From: Alphaproteobacteria bacterium
GTDB taxonomy: Bacteria; Pseudomonadota; Alphaproteobacteria; SP197
Reading direction: 5' to 3'
NCBI GenBank assembly: GCA_964291265.2
Contig: OZ219747.1
Coordinates: 2,688,001 to 2,752,000 of the forward strand
DNA length: 64,000 nt
Part shown: positions 51,431 through 61,489 of the stretch, piece by piece
Layout: every line of letters starts with the position of its first letter
Position numbering within the stretch: position 1 is the first letter of the stretch
Notes under the pieces: generated by a model
What the model was told of the DNA's origin: nothing
The model's database searches: none
Seen by the model: the letters and a program-made list of their open reading frames with translations, nothing else
Position numbers and translations under genes: made by a program

Positions 51431-52069
51431 TGAGACAGCCTGGAGACGTCCCTCGAGGGCGGCCTCGAGCAGGACCAGGCGGTCGTTGCCCCAGTAGAGG
51501 TGGCCGTCGAAGTGGAAGGAGGGCACCCCGAAGGCGCCCGCGGCGACGGCGTCACGGACTCTCCCCTGGTGCATCTCCTCGAGTTCACTGCTTTCGAGAT
51601 CGTGCCGGAAACGGTCGACATCGAGGCCTTCCGCGGCCGCCGCCTCGGTCAGATCATCGAGGCCGATCGCGCTGCGGTCGTCGACGAAGACGAGTGTCAT
51701 GACTCGGCGTGCATAGGCTTCCGCGGAGTTCTGGCATTCGCCGGCCAGGCAGGCACGTGACATCAGCCGGGGATCGAAGGTGAGGCGGTCAACAGGTTCG
51801 CGCCACGGTACATCGTAATGGCGCGCCCACATCAGGGCGTCGCGCTTGCGGTAGTCCCAGTCATACTGTCCCGACGACGGTGCGCTGCCGCTGCGCCCGT
51901 CGACCGGCAGGAAGGGATCGCGCCCGTCATGGGCAATGAGAGCCCTGCTGTCCACCGGCAACCAGCGAAACCGGCATCCCGACCTCTCCTCGATCCCGCG
52001 AAGCCGGGTGGCGGCGAGGTAGGAATAGCGGCTGCCTGCTCCGAAATAGAAGTCGACCAGGACCGTCAT
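51398..52069 (-). CDS. DsbA/kappa-GST family (HCCA isomerase-like) protein
   Basis: DFYF...SRYSYLA, GAFGVPSF, YWGNDRL. Confidence 0.88.
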   Translation of the reverse strand: MTVLVDFYFGAGSRYSYLAATRLRGIEERSGCRFRWLPVDSRALIAHDGRDPFLPVDGRSGSAPSSGQYDWDYRKRDALMWARHYDVPWREPVDRLTFDPRLMSRACLAGECQNSAEAYARRVMTLVFVDDRSAIGLDDLTEAAAAEGLDVDRFRHDLESSELEEMHQGRVRDAVAAGAFGVPSFHFDGHLYWGNDRLVLLEAALEGRLQAVSSGEPEVDETG

Positions 52070-53217
52070 TCGGCCGCCTGGGGTACGGGAAGCGGGCCGC
52101 CCTCCATCGCCTGCATGACCAGCATGTGGAAATGATGCACGGCGTGCTCGCTGATGTGACTGCGCGAACTGTCGACAATGAAGCGGCCACGGTCATAACC
52201 ACGGGACTTCAGGCCCATGTGGACACTTTCGCACAGCGCGATGTCCTCGGGTTGCAGGACATCGACGACATAGTCGACCGCGGCGCGTGACTGGTCGGTC
52301 AGCGCGCCGCCCAGGGAGTGCCAGTGAAGATGTTCGATGCAGCGTTCCGGACCGTCGGGGATCATCTGCAGGGTCATGAGGTTGGGCTCGCCGGGCATCA
52401 GCCAGATCGTCAGGTTGGGCCATACGAAGTAACCGGCGTATCCGAAATCGACATCGCCCGACTCGAAATCATAGGCTTGGTTGGTCTGCGAGCGCGGCTT
52501 GTCCGATGTCTGACCGGACCAGTACTGGTGGGTGCGGTTCCGGTATGACGGCATCGCCACCATGTCGACGAAGGCCGGATGCGCAGGCTCGCAGTGGTAA
52601 CATTCCTGGAAGTTGTCGATGACCACCTTCCAGTTGGCCTGCAGGGTGAAGTCCCTCTGGCACGCGGGTTCGAGGGACGCGGCCCGGGGCATCCAGCGCA
52701 GGATGTCGTCCTCGAGTCCGGCGTACTGTTCGCTGAACGGCTGGGCCTGCGCGTCGAGATTGACGAAGACGAGGCCAAGCATCGTGTCGACGTGCACCTC
52801 TTTCAGTGAAAACGCCGACTTGTCGAAATCGCGGACGTTCTCGCAGCCACGCGCCGTTCTCAGCGACCCGTCGAGGTTGTAGGCCCAGGCGTGGTAGGGG
52901 CATGTCAGGACGGGCCCCAGAGTCCCGCTGCCCTTCAGGACCCGGTGCGCCCGGTGCTGGCAGACATTGTAGAAGCAGCGCAGGATGCCGTCGCGCCCCC
53001 TGACGAGAGCGAGACTTTCGTCCGCGATCTCCACCACTCGATAGCTGCCCGGTGCCTTGAGAGCGCCTTCGTGTCCGACAAACAGCCACGAGCAGGCGAA
53101 AATGCGGTCCTTTTCCTCTTCGAAGATCAGAGGATCGGTATAGTACCGCGAGGCCATCGTGAAGGATCGTGAAGGATCGCTGTGGAGTCCGCCCGGAAGG
53201 GCATCTTGGCGTGTCAT
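52066..53217 (-). CDS. Rieske non-heme iron oxygenase alpha subunit (CntA/choline monooxygenase-like)
   Basis: NVCQHRA, CPYHAWAY, ANWKVVIDNFQECYHC..AHP, ED..LCE. Confidence 0.92.
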   Translation of the reverse strand: MTRQDALPGGLHSDPSRSFTMASRYYTDPLIFEEEKDRIFACSWLFVGHEGALKAPGSYRVVEIADESLALVRGRDGILRCFYNVCQHRAHRVLKGSGTLGPVLTCPYHAWAYNLDGSLRTARGCENVRDFDKSAFSLKEVHVDTMLGLVFVNLDAQAQPFSEQYAGLEDDILRWMPRAASLEPACQRDFTLQANWKVVIDNFQECYHCEPAHPAFVDMVAMPSYRNRTHQYWSGQTSDKPRSQTNQAYDFESGDVDFGYAGYFVWPNLTIWLMPGEPNLMTLQMIPDGPERCIEHLHWHSLGGALTDQSRAAVDYVVDVLQPEDIALCESVHMGLKSRGYDRGRFIVDSSRSHISEHAVHHFHMLVMQAMEGGPLPVPQAAE

Positions 53218-53342
53218 CGTGGCAGTCCGCTGACCGTCTTCGTCACCGCACCATAGGAATGCATGACGAATCTGGCAAGCCGCGCGTCGAGCTTGACAGC
53301 GGGACGGTCAAGTCCGGATCATCGGGTGAGGAGGAGGCGTCC

Positions 53343-53984
53343 ATGGCATCGATGAGGCCGCAGGCCGACGGCGATCTTCTGCTCGTGGTCGACGTTCAGA
53401 ACGACTTCTGTCCCGGTGGCGCGCTCGGTGTTCCGCGGGGTGACGAGGTGGTCGCGGTCATCAACCGGATGGCGCCGCACTTTCATCACTCCGTCGTCAC
53501 CCAGGACTGGCACCCCGCGGATCACCTCTCCTTTGCCAGCAATCATGCCGGGCGCCATCCCTTCGAGTCGGTCACCCTCGACTATGGCGAGCAGGTATTG
53601 TGGCCCGATCACTGCGTTCAGGGAAGTCACGGCGCATGTTTCCACCGCGATCTGGACTGGCGCGGTGCCGGCCTCGTCCTGCGCAAGGGCTTTCACCGCG
53701 CCATTGATTCCTATTCGGCGTTCCAGGAGAACAACAAGGACACTCCCACCGGCCTTGCAGGCTATCTGCGCGAAAGGGGTGTCAGGCGCCTCTTCATCGC
53801 CGGGCTGGCGACGGATTTCTGCGTTGCCTGGACGGCACTTGATGCGGTGGCGGGAGGTTTCGGCGCCGTCCTCGTCGAGGATGCCTGCCGGGCCATCGAT
53901 CTTGACGGTTCACTTGCCGCCGCCATGGAGGCCATGACCGGCGCCGGGGTGACGATCACCCGCTCGGCCGCGATCACGGACTGA
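53343..53984 (+). CDS. pncA: Nicotinamidase/pyrazinamidase
   Basis: VDVQNDFCPGG, TQDWHP..H.SF, WPDHCVQG, RKG....DSYSAF, GLATDFCV. Confidence 0.95.
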   Translation: MASMRPQADGDLLLVVDVQNDFCPGGALGVPRGDEVVAVINRMAPHFHHSVVTQDWHPADHLSFASNHAGRHPFESVTLDYGEQVLWPDHCVQGSHGACFHRDLDWRGAGLVLRKGFHRAIDSYSAFQENNKDTPTGLAGYLRERGVRRLFIAGLATDFCVAWTALDAVAGGFGAVLVEDACRAIDLDGSLAAAMEAMTGAGVTITRSAAITD

Positions 53985-53986
53985 GA

Positions 53987-55258
53987 TCAGCCGGCCGCCG
54001 TGTGCAGGCATGCGTTCCGCCGGAAATCCGTCGAGACGCCGACATGGGCCGCGAGATGGCGTGTCAGGTCGCATGCATCGTCTCCCGCTCCATGGATGAA
54101 ACTCGACTTGCGGCGACGCAGGAATGTCAGCCCGATGCGGTAGAGTCCCGGAGCCACCACACCTCCATCGTGAAGCAGACGGCCCTTGCGGTCGAACACC
54201 GGAAGACGAAGCCACGAATGGTCCGCCACAAAACCGGTGGTCCAGATCACGCTTCGAGTGCCCTCCCGGGCGAAGTCGAGCACCAGGTCCGGCGAATCGG
54301 GAATGCGCGTGGGGTCCGGCCGGTCCGGCGCCTCCACCACGCCATCAAGCCCGTGGCAGGCGGCCCACTCGTCGAAGGTGTCGAGGAGACGGCCCTGCTT
54401 GAGATCCGCCAGGGCGCACTTGTTGGCCAGAGAACCGGAGAACTGGGCCTGTCCGTCGGCGATGCCGGCCAGACGTCCCACCAGCCGGACGCCATCCGCT
54501 GTCAGCGCGTTGAGGTCGAGTGTGCTCCTCGGCACCCTGCCGGCCAGTTGCGGAGACGGCACGCGGCGGGCCCGCTCGATATCCTCGATCTCGTCCCAGC
54601 GTTCGTCGTGAAGACCCGAACGGTCGAGCCACCAGAAGATGTCCCGCCCCCGGTACAGTCTCGGCATGCGCACATGCTCGCCGACGGCGAGGGTGACCGG
54701 ACGCCCCGAGTGCTGCACCTCGTCGGCGATCTGCACGCCGCTTGCCGATGCCCCGACCACCAGGACGCCCCCCGGAGGGAGGCTGGACGGAGAGGTGTAG
54801 TCGAAGGGTGTCAGCGACTCGACGTCGACGGGCAGGGAGGGAGCGAAGGCCGGTAGCCGGGCCATGTCGAAGCCGCCCGAGGCGATGACCACGGCGGAAC
54901 ACGCAATGGAGCCCCGATCGGTGGTCACCTCGTAGCCGCCCGCCGATGGCGTCACCGATTCGACATTCGTGCGTGTCATGAGCGCCGGGCTGACGAGACG
55001 CGCGTAGCGTTCCAGGAAGGAGACGACTCCCGCCATGTCCATGTAGCCGTCAGGATCATCGCCGTCATAGGCCAGCCCCGGCAGGCGGGTCAGCCAGTTC
55101 GGCGTGAGAAGCCTGAGCGCCTCCCAGCGACCGGTGCGCCAGGAGTGGCCCACCTCGCCGCGCTCGACGACCACGTGTTCGATGCCGAGCGCGGCGAGGC
55201 AGTGACTTGTCGCAAGACCGGCATGACCGGCGCCTATGACGACAGCGGTCGTGCGCAT
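53987..55258 (-). CDS. Flavin-containing monooxygenase / NAD(P)-FAD oxidoreductase
   Basis: VIGAGHAG, W..LRLLTPNW, VVGASASGVQIA, IWTTGF. Confidence 0.88.
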   Translation of the reverse strand: MRTTAVVIGAGHAGLATSHCLAALGIEHVVVERGEVGHSWRTGRWEALRLLTPNWLTRLPGLAYDGDDPDGYMDMAGVVSFLERYARLVSPALMTRTNVESVTPSAGGYEVTTDRGSIACSAVVIASGGFDMARLPAFAPSLPVDVESLTPFDYTSPSSLPPGGVLVVGASASGVQIADEVQHSGRPVTLAVGEHVRMPRLYRGRDIFWWLDRSGLHDERWDEIEDIERARRVPSPQLAGRVPRSTLDLNALTADGVRLVGRLAGIADGQAQFSGSLANKCALADLKQGRLLDTFDEWAACHGLDGVVEAPDRPDPTRIPDSPDLVLDFAREGTRSVIWTTGFVADHSWLRLPVFDRKGRLLHDGGVVAPGLYRIGLTFLRRRKSSFIHGAGDDACDLTRHLAAHVGVSTDFRRNACLHTAAG

Positions 55259-55265
55259 GGCGCGT

Positions 55266-55829
55266 TCAGGTTACCTCGACGGTGACGTTGGTCGGATTGG
55301 TGACGATGTCGAAGACCGCCGAACGCTTCTGCGACTGGGCGACAAGCGAGCGGATGTCCTCTGGCGAGGCATCGGCATCGATGTCGTAGGTGACGCGGAC
55401 CCGGTTGAAGCCGTTCCTGACCTCCGGGTCGGCTCCCAGGATTCCCTGGATATCCATGTCGCCCTCGACCGTGGCCCTGACCGAGTTCAACTGAATGTCC
55501 CGGTTCTGAGCCACGGCGGCCACACCGGCGGTGAGGCAGCTGGCCAGCCCGACGAGAACGATCTCGACGGGCGTCGCCGCATTGTCCTCGGCTGCGAAGA
55601 CGAGCGGGTGGTCGGCTTCGAAGTCGAACTCCGACCTGTGCGCATGTTCGGCGCCGAGCCCGTGGTAGCTCTTGACCGATGAGCGGGAGTGGGTGCCGTG
55701 GACCCACTCGTTGGTGGCACGCCAGACGAACCGGCCGGCCTCCGGGGTTTCGGCAAGGACCTTGCGGGCGTCGAGCAAGGCCTCGACGTTGACGCCGTTC
55801 TGGGCCGGCTTGACCTGTACTTCAGTCAT
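55266..55829 (-). CDS. OsmC-family protein
   Basis: NGVNV, ATPVE..L.GLASCLTAG, EGDMD..GILG, SQKRSAVFD..TNP. Confidence 0.9.
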   Translation of the reverse strand: MTEVQVKPAQNGVNVEALLDARKVLAETPEAGRFVWRATNEWVHGTHSRSSVKSYHGLGAEHAHRSEFDFEADHPLVFAAEDNAATPVEIVLVGLASCLTAGVAAVAQNRDIQLNSVRATVEGDMDIQGILGADPEVRNGFNRVRVTYDIDADASPEDIRSLVAQSQKRSAVFDIVTNPTNVTVEVT

Positions 55830-57167
55830 GACTGTCTCCTTTTCCGGGATCGGGGTTGGCAACGCAGGAGCGCGACATCCCGAACGCCAGGAGAGGAGCC
55901 CGATGCGAACAGGGCACGCAGCAGACGAATGTGAAGGACCTGGAATCTGAAGACGGATTCAATCATCCGACGGCACTCCACTCTCAACTCCTACGCGCTC
56001 TGAAGAGCGCCGAGAGCGGTGTGACCGCATATCGGCTGACTCATCGATCAGGCATTGGCACCGTCAAGACGGTTGCCGCGGCTTCGAAGGGCCTGTCCCT
56101 CCACCGCTCTGGATGAGCGCGTCCTGTATCGCCACTGTGAAATCAGCGCCTGGATACTGTCAAGCGAATTGTTCCGATTTTCCGTCGAGACGCATGATCC
56201 TTGCCATCCAGGACACGACGTTCTTGAATTACAATGGCTTGGAGGCGACCGAGGGTCTTGTCGACATCGGCGGCGGCTCGGGCAGCCGTCTCGAGCCGGA
56301 TCAGGAGCAGGGCGGACGACAAGGAGAGCCGGCGCTGGCTCGACGGATACGACAAGGCCGTGGAACTGGCCGCTGCCTGTCCTTCGACAAGGGTGCTGGT
56401 GATCTGTGACCGTGAAGGCGACATCTGGGACCTGCTGGCCCGGAGCACGGAGCACGAGGCCGGTCTGCTGGTGCGCGCCAGGCGCTGCGGAGGGCCGCGT
56501 CGTCGCAAGGAGCGCAAGGGCGTGCGCCTCGAAGTCCGCGCCGCAAGGGTCGACCTGGCTCCGCCGGACAAGAAGCCTCAGGCAACGCCGCCGCTCTCCA
56601 TGATGGCCATGCGGGTCACGGAACCCGCCCCACCGCCAGGCCGCGATTCTCTCGACTGGATGCTGCTCACCACCGAAGGCGACGTCACCGCAGACGATGC
56701 CCTCAAGACCGTCTCCTTCTACGAGAGGCGATGGTGGATCGAAGAGTACTTCAAGGCCCTGAAGGTCGGCACCCGGATCAAGGACCGGCGCCTCAACCAG
56801 GCCGACGATCTGAAAAAGTGTCTGGCCTTCGACGCCATCACCGCATGCCGCGTCATGACCATCGAGCGCCTCGCACGCTCAAGAGCCCCGACACCGGCAA
56901 GCAGCATCGTCCACCGCGACGAGATCACGGTCCTTGCCATCCACAACCGGCCGACAGCTCACGCCGCATGGACCTCCCGATCCCGAACCGACCATCGAAG
57001 CCTTCGCCGTCGAGGTCGCACGCCTGGCAGGCTTCATCCCCAGAAAGCGTCAACCTTTGCCGGGAACCGAGAAGCTCTGGCGTAAGCGTTCGGCCGTTCG
57101 GTGATGGCTGATTTTGGTTGGTTTGGGTCTTGCTGACTATCGTCTGAGAAAGTGCTGGTAAACTCGT

Positions 57168-59621
57168 TTGGTCTCGATTATGGTCGAGGCCATGAAGACT
57201 TTTGCCGAGACGCGCGGAGCGACACAGCAGCTGACGGGAGGTGGTGACGGCCTATGTCGGGCGTCAGCGGCCTTGTCATGCGAGGCGCCTGACTGGCGTG
57301 CGCTCTATGAGGCGGAGCGGGTTCGTGCGGATGCGGCGGAAGCGCGTATGCGGTGTGCCAGGCGAACTGGCGGAAGGTAGGGGGTGAAAGTCCCCTGGAA
57401 CGAAGGAGTAACCAAACCACGTTTCTCCGCGAGCCGTGCGTCGGTTCCCGCGAGGGGGCAGGCGAAGCGTCGGTAGCGGTACGGATGGGCAGGGCTAATG
57501 AGCACCGAAAAAGCTATCATCCGGGGTGCCGAGGCTTTCGCATTGGTCGAAGGCAACATCGCAGGCATCGATTTGGTGAGATGTCGGCGAGCCCCGCGGT
57601 GTCAGAGAACCCATGCACGTCCGCACGCCTTCTGTTGGGACCCTGGGAGATCTTCAAACCGTCCCGCCGGTTGTGGCGGGACCGCATGGGGAAGGAGAAA
57701 ACCGAAGCCTATGATGTACGGTTTGAAGAAGTCGGATGAGGCCGTAGTACCTGTGAAGGCGGCGAACAAGGAAGCGTTAGCTTCTGCGGAGTCGCTGGAG
57801 GAAAGGGCCTCAACCAAGGGGAATCCGGGACGCTAAAGCACGCACCGAACGCAGTGTCGGGCAAGCGTGCCACAGGCGGCGGATCGGATACGGGAAGCCG
57901 CAGGCTAGTCCAGTGGTTTGCCGTCCAGTACCCGAGGTAGGAGCCGGATGGATTAACGTCCACGTCCGGATCTGCGCGGGGGGTGCGCAGCAATGCGCAT
58001 CCCTACCGCGTCTGACCTGCGCCGTGCGAAGAATTCTGCCCGTGCCCGTGCGGGCACATTCAAGTTTCATCTCGACCGCACTCGTGATCAGCTCAAGGAG
58101 GCTCGCCGGGAGGTGAAGCGTGGACAGGCCCGAGCGGAGGCGCTGGAGCAGGAAAGGGACGCTCTGAAGCTCAAGAACGCTGAACAGGCGAGCGAGCTGA
58201 GGAATCTCCGCGGGACGCGTGCCAAGCACGCGACGGCGCGCTTCGGGTCGAAGAGCGAGAAACGGAAGAAGAAGGAAGGCACCGGGAACAAGCGGGGTCA
58301 GCAACCCGGCAAGAGCGGCCACGGGCGCACTCCGCGTCCGAAGCTCAAGGAGAAGCACGAACGCCATGATCCACCGGCATCGCAGCGCACGTGCCCGTGT
58401 TGCGGCGAGCCCTATGTGGCCAACGGCAGCCACGAGACCTCGATCATGGAGGTCCATGTCAAGGCTCATATCCGGCGGATTGAACGTGGGCGTTGACGCC
58501 GTGGTTGTCAGTGTTCGTCGGCGCCTGCGGAGATCATCGCGCCGCCACCTTTGCGCTTGCTTGCGAATACCCCCTTCGGCATCAGTGTCTGGGAATGCGT
58601 GCTCTATGAGCGCTTCGCCTGCTTGCGTCCCCTGCGCCGGGTCTCGCGATGGCTGGAAGACCAGGGACTGCCGATGGCGCCGGGAACGATCGCTGGCGGC
58701 ATGAAGAAGATGACGCCGATGTTCGCGCCTCTCGCGCAGGCCATCCTCGATCATCAGAACCGGCTGACGGTGCGCCACGGCGACGAGACCAGCTGGCGCA
58801 TCCAGTCCCTCAAGGCCTCGGGGCGCTCGCAGAAGGCCTGGCTGTGGACCGCGGTCAGCGCCGACTCCGTCTTCTTCCTCATCGACCCGTCACGCAGCAC
58901 CCGGGTGGCCATGGTGCTGTTCGCCTCCACCGAAGGCACCGTCTTCCTTGTCGATCGCTACGCGGTCTACAGGAAACTGGAGCGCGAGCTTGATGGCAAG
59001 GTGATCCTCTGCTTTTGCTGGGCGCACTCCAGGCGCGATGTGATCGAGGCTGCGGCAGGCCAAGAGGGGCTGGAAGAGTGGTGCGACAAGTGGCTCGACA
59101 GGATCGCGCTGATCTACACACTGAATGGGCAACGGCTGAAGCACTACGATCCCGCACGCAAGCGTCAGTCAGCGAGGTTCAATGCCCTGCAGAAGGACCT
59201 TCGTGCGGCTGTCGAGGCGCTGTTCAGGCAGGCTCAGGAGGAACTCGACGCCTTGCCCGAGGGTGCACGCGAAGCGAAGCCCTTGCGTTCCCTGATCCGT
59301 CACCGCGAGGGACTGTGCGTCTTTGTCGACCATCCCCAGGTGCCCATGGACAACAACTTTGCCGAGAGAGCCCTCCGGGGTGCGGTGACCGCGAGAAAGC
59401 TGAGCTTCGGCTCCGACAGCGAGGAAGGCGCCGCCTTCACCGCCATCATGTACTCGGTCATCGGCACCCTTGCCATGAACAACATCAATGTTCGGCGCTG
59501 GCTTCATGAGTGGCTTGAGGCCTGCGCGCAGAACGGCGGCAAGCCGCCGGATGACCTCGACCCGTGGCTGCCATGGTCGATGACCCCGGAGCGCCGACGG
59601 GACCTCACGGAACCGGGGTGA
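57168..59621 (+). pseudogene. tnpC: IS66 transposase interrupted by a group II intron and an in-frame TGA at 58494
   Basis: Coiled-coil N-terminus, FGSKSEK, RGQQPG..GHGR, CPCCG, HGDETSW, CWAHSRR, MDNNFAER. Confidence 0.9.
57353..58012 (+). ncRNA. ORF-less group II intron (660 nt)
   Basis: 5' GTGTGCC; GGTGAAAGTCC, GAGCCGTGCG, GAAGGCAAC, AAGTCGGA..GTAGTACC motifs; DV GAGCCGGATG..ACGTCCGGATC; DVI GGGGGTGCGCAGCAATGCGCATCCCTACCGCG; removal restores the tnpC frame. Confidence 0.92.
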
Positions 59622-59965
59622 TCGAGTGCCGTTACGACGGCCGTGACTTCACCGCGCACGAGATGGAGCTGTTGCGATCCCTGATCACCCAGCACCCCAC
59701 CCGTGCGGCCATCGCCCGCGCCTTCTGCCGCAAGACCGGCTGGTACAAGCCCGACGGCGGCCTCAAGAACATGATGGCGAGTGTCACCTTCCTGGCCATG
59801 CACCGCGCTACACAGGCGCCGTCTACAAGGCGTCGGGTTGGATCCATGTCGGCACCACCAAGGGGCGCGGACGCTACGATACGCACAGGAAACTCGACAA
59901 ACCAAAAAAAGGACATCTGGCTGAGGCCTCTCCGCAAAGACTGGAAACTCATCCTCAACCGGTGA
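59618..59965 (+). pseudogene. DUF4338 passenger gene with an internal ~519-bp deletion
   Basis: Matches 5509-5698 then jumps to match 6211 onward. Confidence 0.85.
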
Positions 59966-60535
59966 ATATCACCAACAATCACTGCGCGACCGAACGCTTA
60001 CGCTCTGGCAGGGATACAAACTCCTTCTCAACGTCGTCGAAAATTACCGAAAGATACGGAAGCTCGATATGTTGAAAAGATTCTGGTTAGTGACGGCCGG
60101 AGCGCCGTCACTAAGCGGGTTTGGACGAAGGCCGCGCTGCCCCGGTGTCGACATGCAGAAGGACGGATTTAACAGTGTTCGGTTGAAAGGGTGGTTTCCC
60201 TTCACAAGGTCGCCGACCACTTCGCTGCCCGTCGCGCCATCAGCGAGTGAATCGGCATCTAGTACCCGGAAGCCTCGCCCGACCTCCGGCGAGTAACAAC
60301 CTGCCGAGGCCTAGCGCAGCGACATATCTGTGGATAGGATGGGCAAACTGCTTGAGCCTTGCCCGCATGCCCACAGGCACAAAAACCGCAGCAAGAAGAT
60401 CGATCGAGAGGATCCCGATGGTCTGAACTTCAAGCGGAAACCACCCGGAATCAGTCACCAATCTGTCCGACGAACCGGGATTACCTCATATTGTGCGTGA
60501 CTTCGGAAGATAGTGCTTCAATGCCGTCCGTCGAA

Positions 60536-61489
60536 TCAGAATGGTATTTCCTCGTCATCTTCATTTTCGCCGTGACGGTCGTTTTGTCCCCCCGAGAGCC
60601 GATCCGTTCCACTCAGCACGAACCAAATCAGTGAAAACAGTCGCATGAATAGATATTCCTTCTCGCCGTCATTTTCCACTGGCTCCTTCCCAATCTCCGA
60701 GTGCCGGATTCGCAACTTATTGCCAATCATAGTCAACGTCTCAAATTCATGCTCAATTTTCGAGCGGAACACAGCACCGCAACCGGCAGCCGCCTTGTCA
60801 ATCAGCCTTTTAACCGATGTTTTCTTGTTTCCTGCCCCTTCGATGGTCTTTAGTCGTTCGAAAGCGTCCCACAGCTTCTCAAGTGCGTCCTGCCTTGTTT
60901 CCGGTTTGGGCAGCACGAACCGTTTGACCGCTGCATTAAGAAGGTCATCGAGCTCCTGATCGCCGGATCGAAAAGTTGTGCACCTTAGCTTCTCAATCAT
61001 CGGTGTCGGAATTGTTCGTTCGACAATGCCCATGTTGTTCAACTCATAGGCAAGACCGTTGCGGGAGAAGAGACGATTGATTTCTTCGACGAAATTCTGC
61101 AGCCCCACTTCCCTGTCGAGCTTCAAGTGATTGTGCTTGAAGTATTCGTGCCAACCGATTGATGTTGGCTGCGCGATATGTCTTGCCACGAATTCAATCA
61201 AATCCAGTATTGCGGGTGTTTTCGGCACGTGGTCTCGAGATGGTTTCCAATCGTGCTCGTTATCGGTGAGATCACCGATTTCGGCACGAATCGCATCTGT
61301 CATGGCCTGCGATGCTGTCCCCTCAATGGCGTTTCCGTCCGGGCAGTGAGACGGGAAACCGTAGGCAAGAGATCCATTGCCGATCTTTATTTCGATCAGT
61401 GAAAGGATTCTTCTCCAAACAACCATGTCGATAGTTTCTTTGACTTTTGGTTCCTGACCTAACTCGCGATCTGAGTAGTAGTCGATCAT
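60536..61489 (-). CDS. AbiJ-like protein (AbiJ N-terminal-type domain plus probable HEPN-like C-terminus), putative anti-phage
   Basis: Low GC; YYSDRE.G, FPSHCPDG, ILDLIEF, ALEKLWDAFERLKT, IGNKLRIRHSE. Confidence 0.7.
   Translation of the reverse strand: MIDYYSDRELGQEPKVKETIDMVVWRRILSLIEIKIGNGSLAYGFPSHCPDGNAIEGTASQAMTDAIRAEIGDLTDNEHDWKPSRDHVPKTPAILDLIEFVARHIAQPTSIGWHEYFKHNHLKLDREVGLQNFVEEINRLFSRNGLAYELNNMGIVERTIPTPMIEKLRCTTFRSGDQELDDLLNAAVKRFVLPKPETRQDALEKLWDAFERLKTIEGAGNKKTSVKRLIDKAAAGCGAVFRSKIEHEFETLTMIGNKLRIRHSEIGKEPVENDGEKEYLFMRLFSLIWFVLSGTDRLSGGQNDRHGENEDDEEIPF

Larger units (their letters stand above)
57082..60001 (+). mobile_element. IS66-family element without tnpA/tnpB, carrying a DUF4338 passenger
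   Basis: Terminal inverted repeats GTAAGCGTTCGG / CCGAACGCTTAC; 8-bp TSD GCTCTGGC at 57074-57081 and 60002-60009. Confidence 0.95.
56194..60110 (+). pseudogene. IS4-family (Tn5/IS50-like) transposase pseudogene split by IS66 (parts ~56194-57081 and 60010-~60110)
   Basis: ILAIQDTT.LNY, KESRRWL, CDREGDIW, WMLLTT, YERRWWIEEYFK.LK.G; PGTEKLW|QGYK rejoined across the IS66; deletions and frameshifts. Confidence 0.88.

Noticed and set aside
58494-58496. Programmed readthrough or selenocysteine at the in-frame TGA in tnpC
   Set aside because: More simply a nonsense mutation in an element that shows other decay, such as the deleted passenger gene
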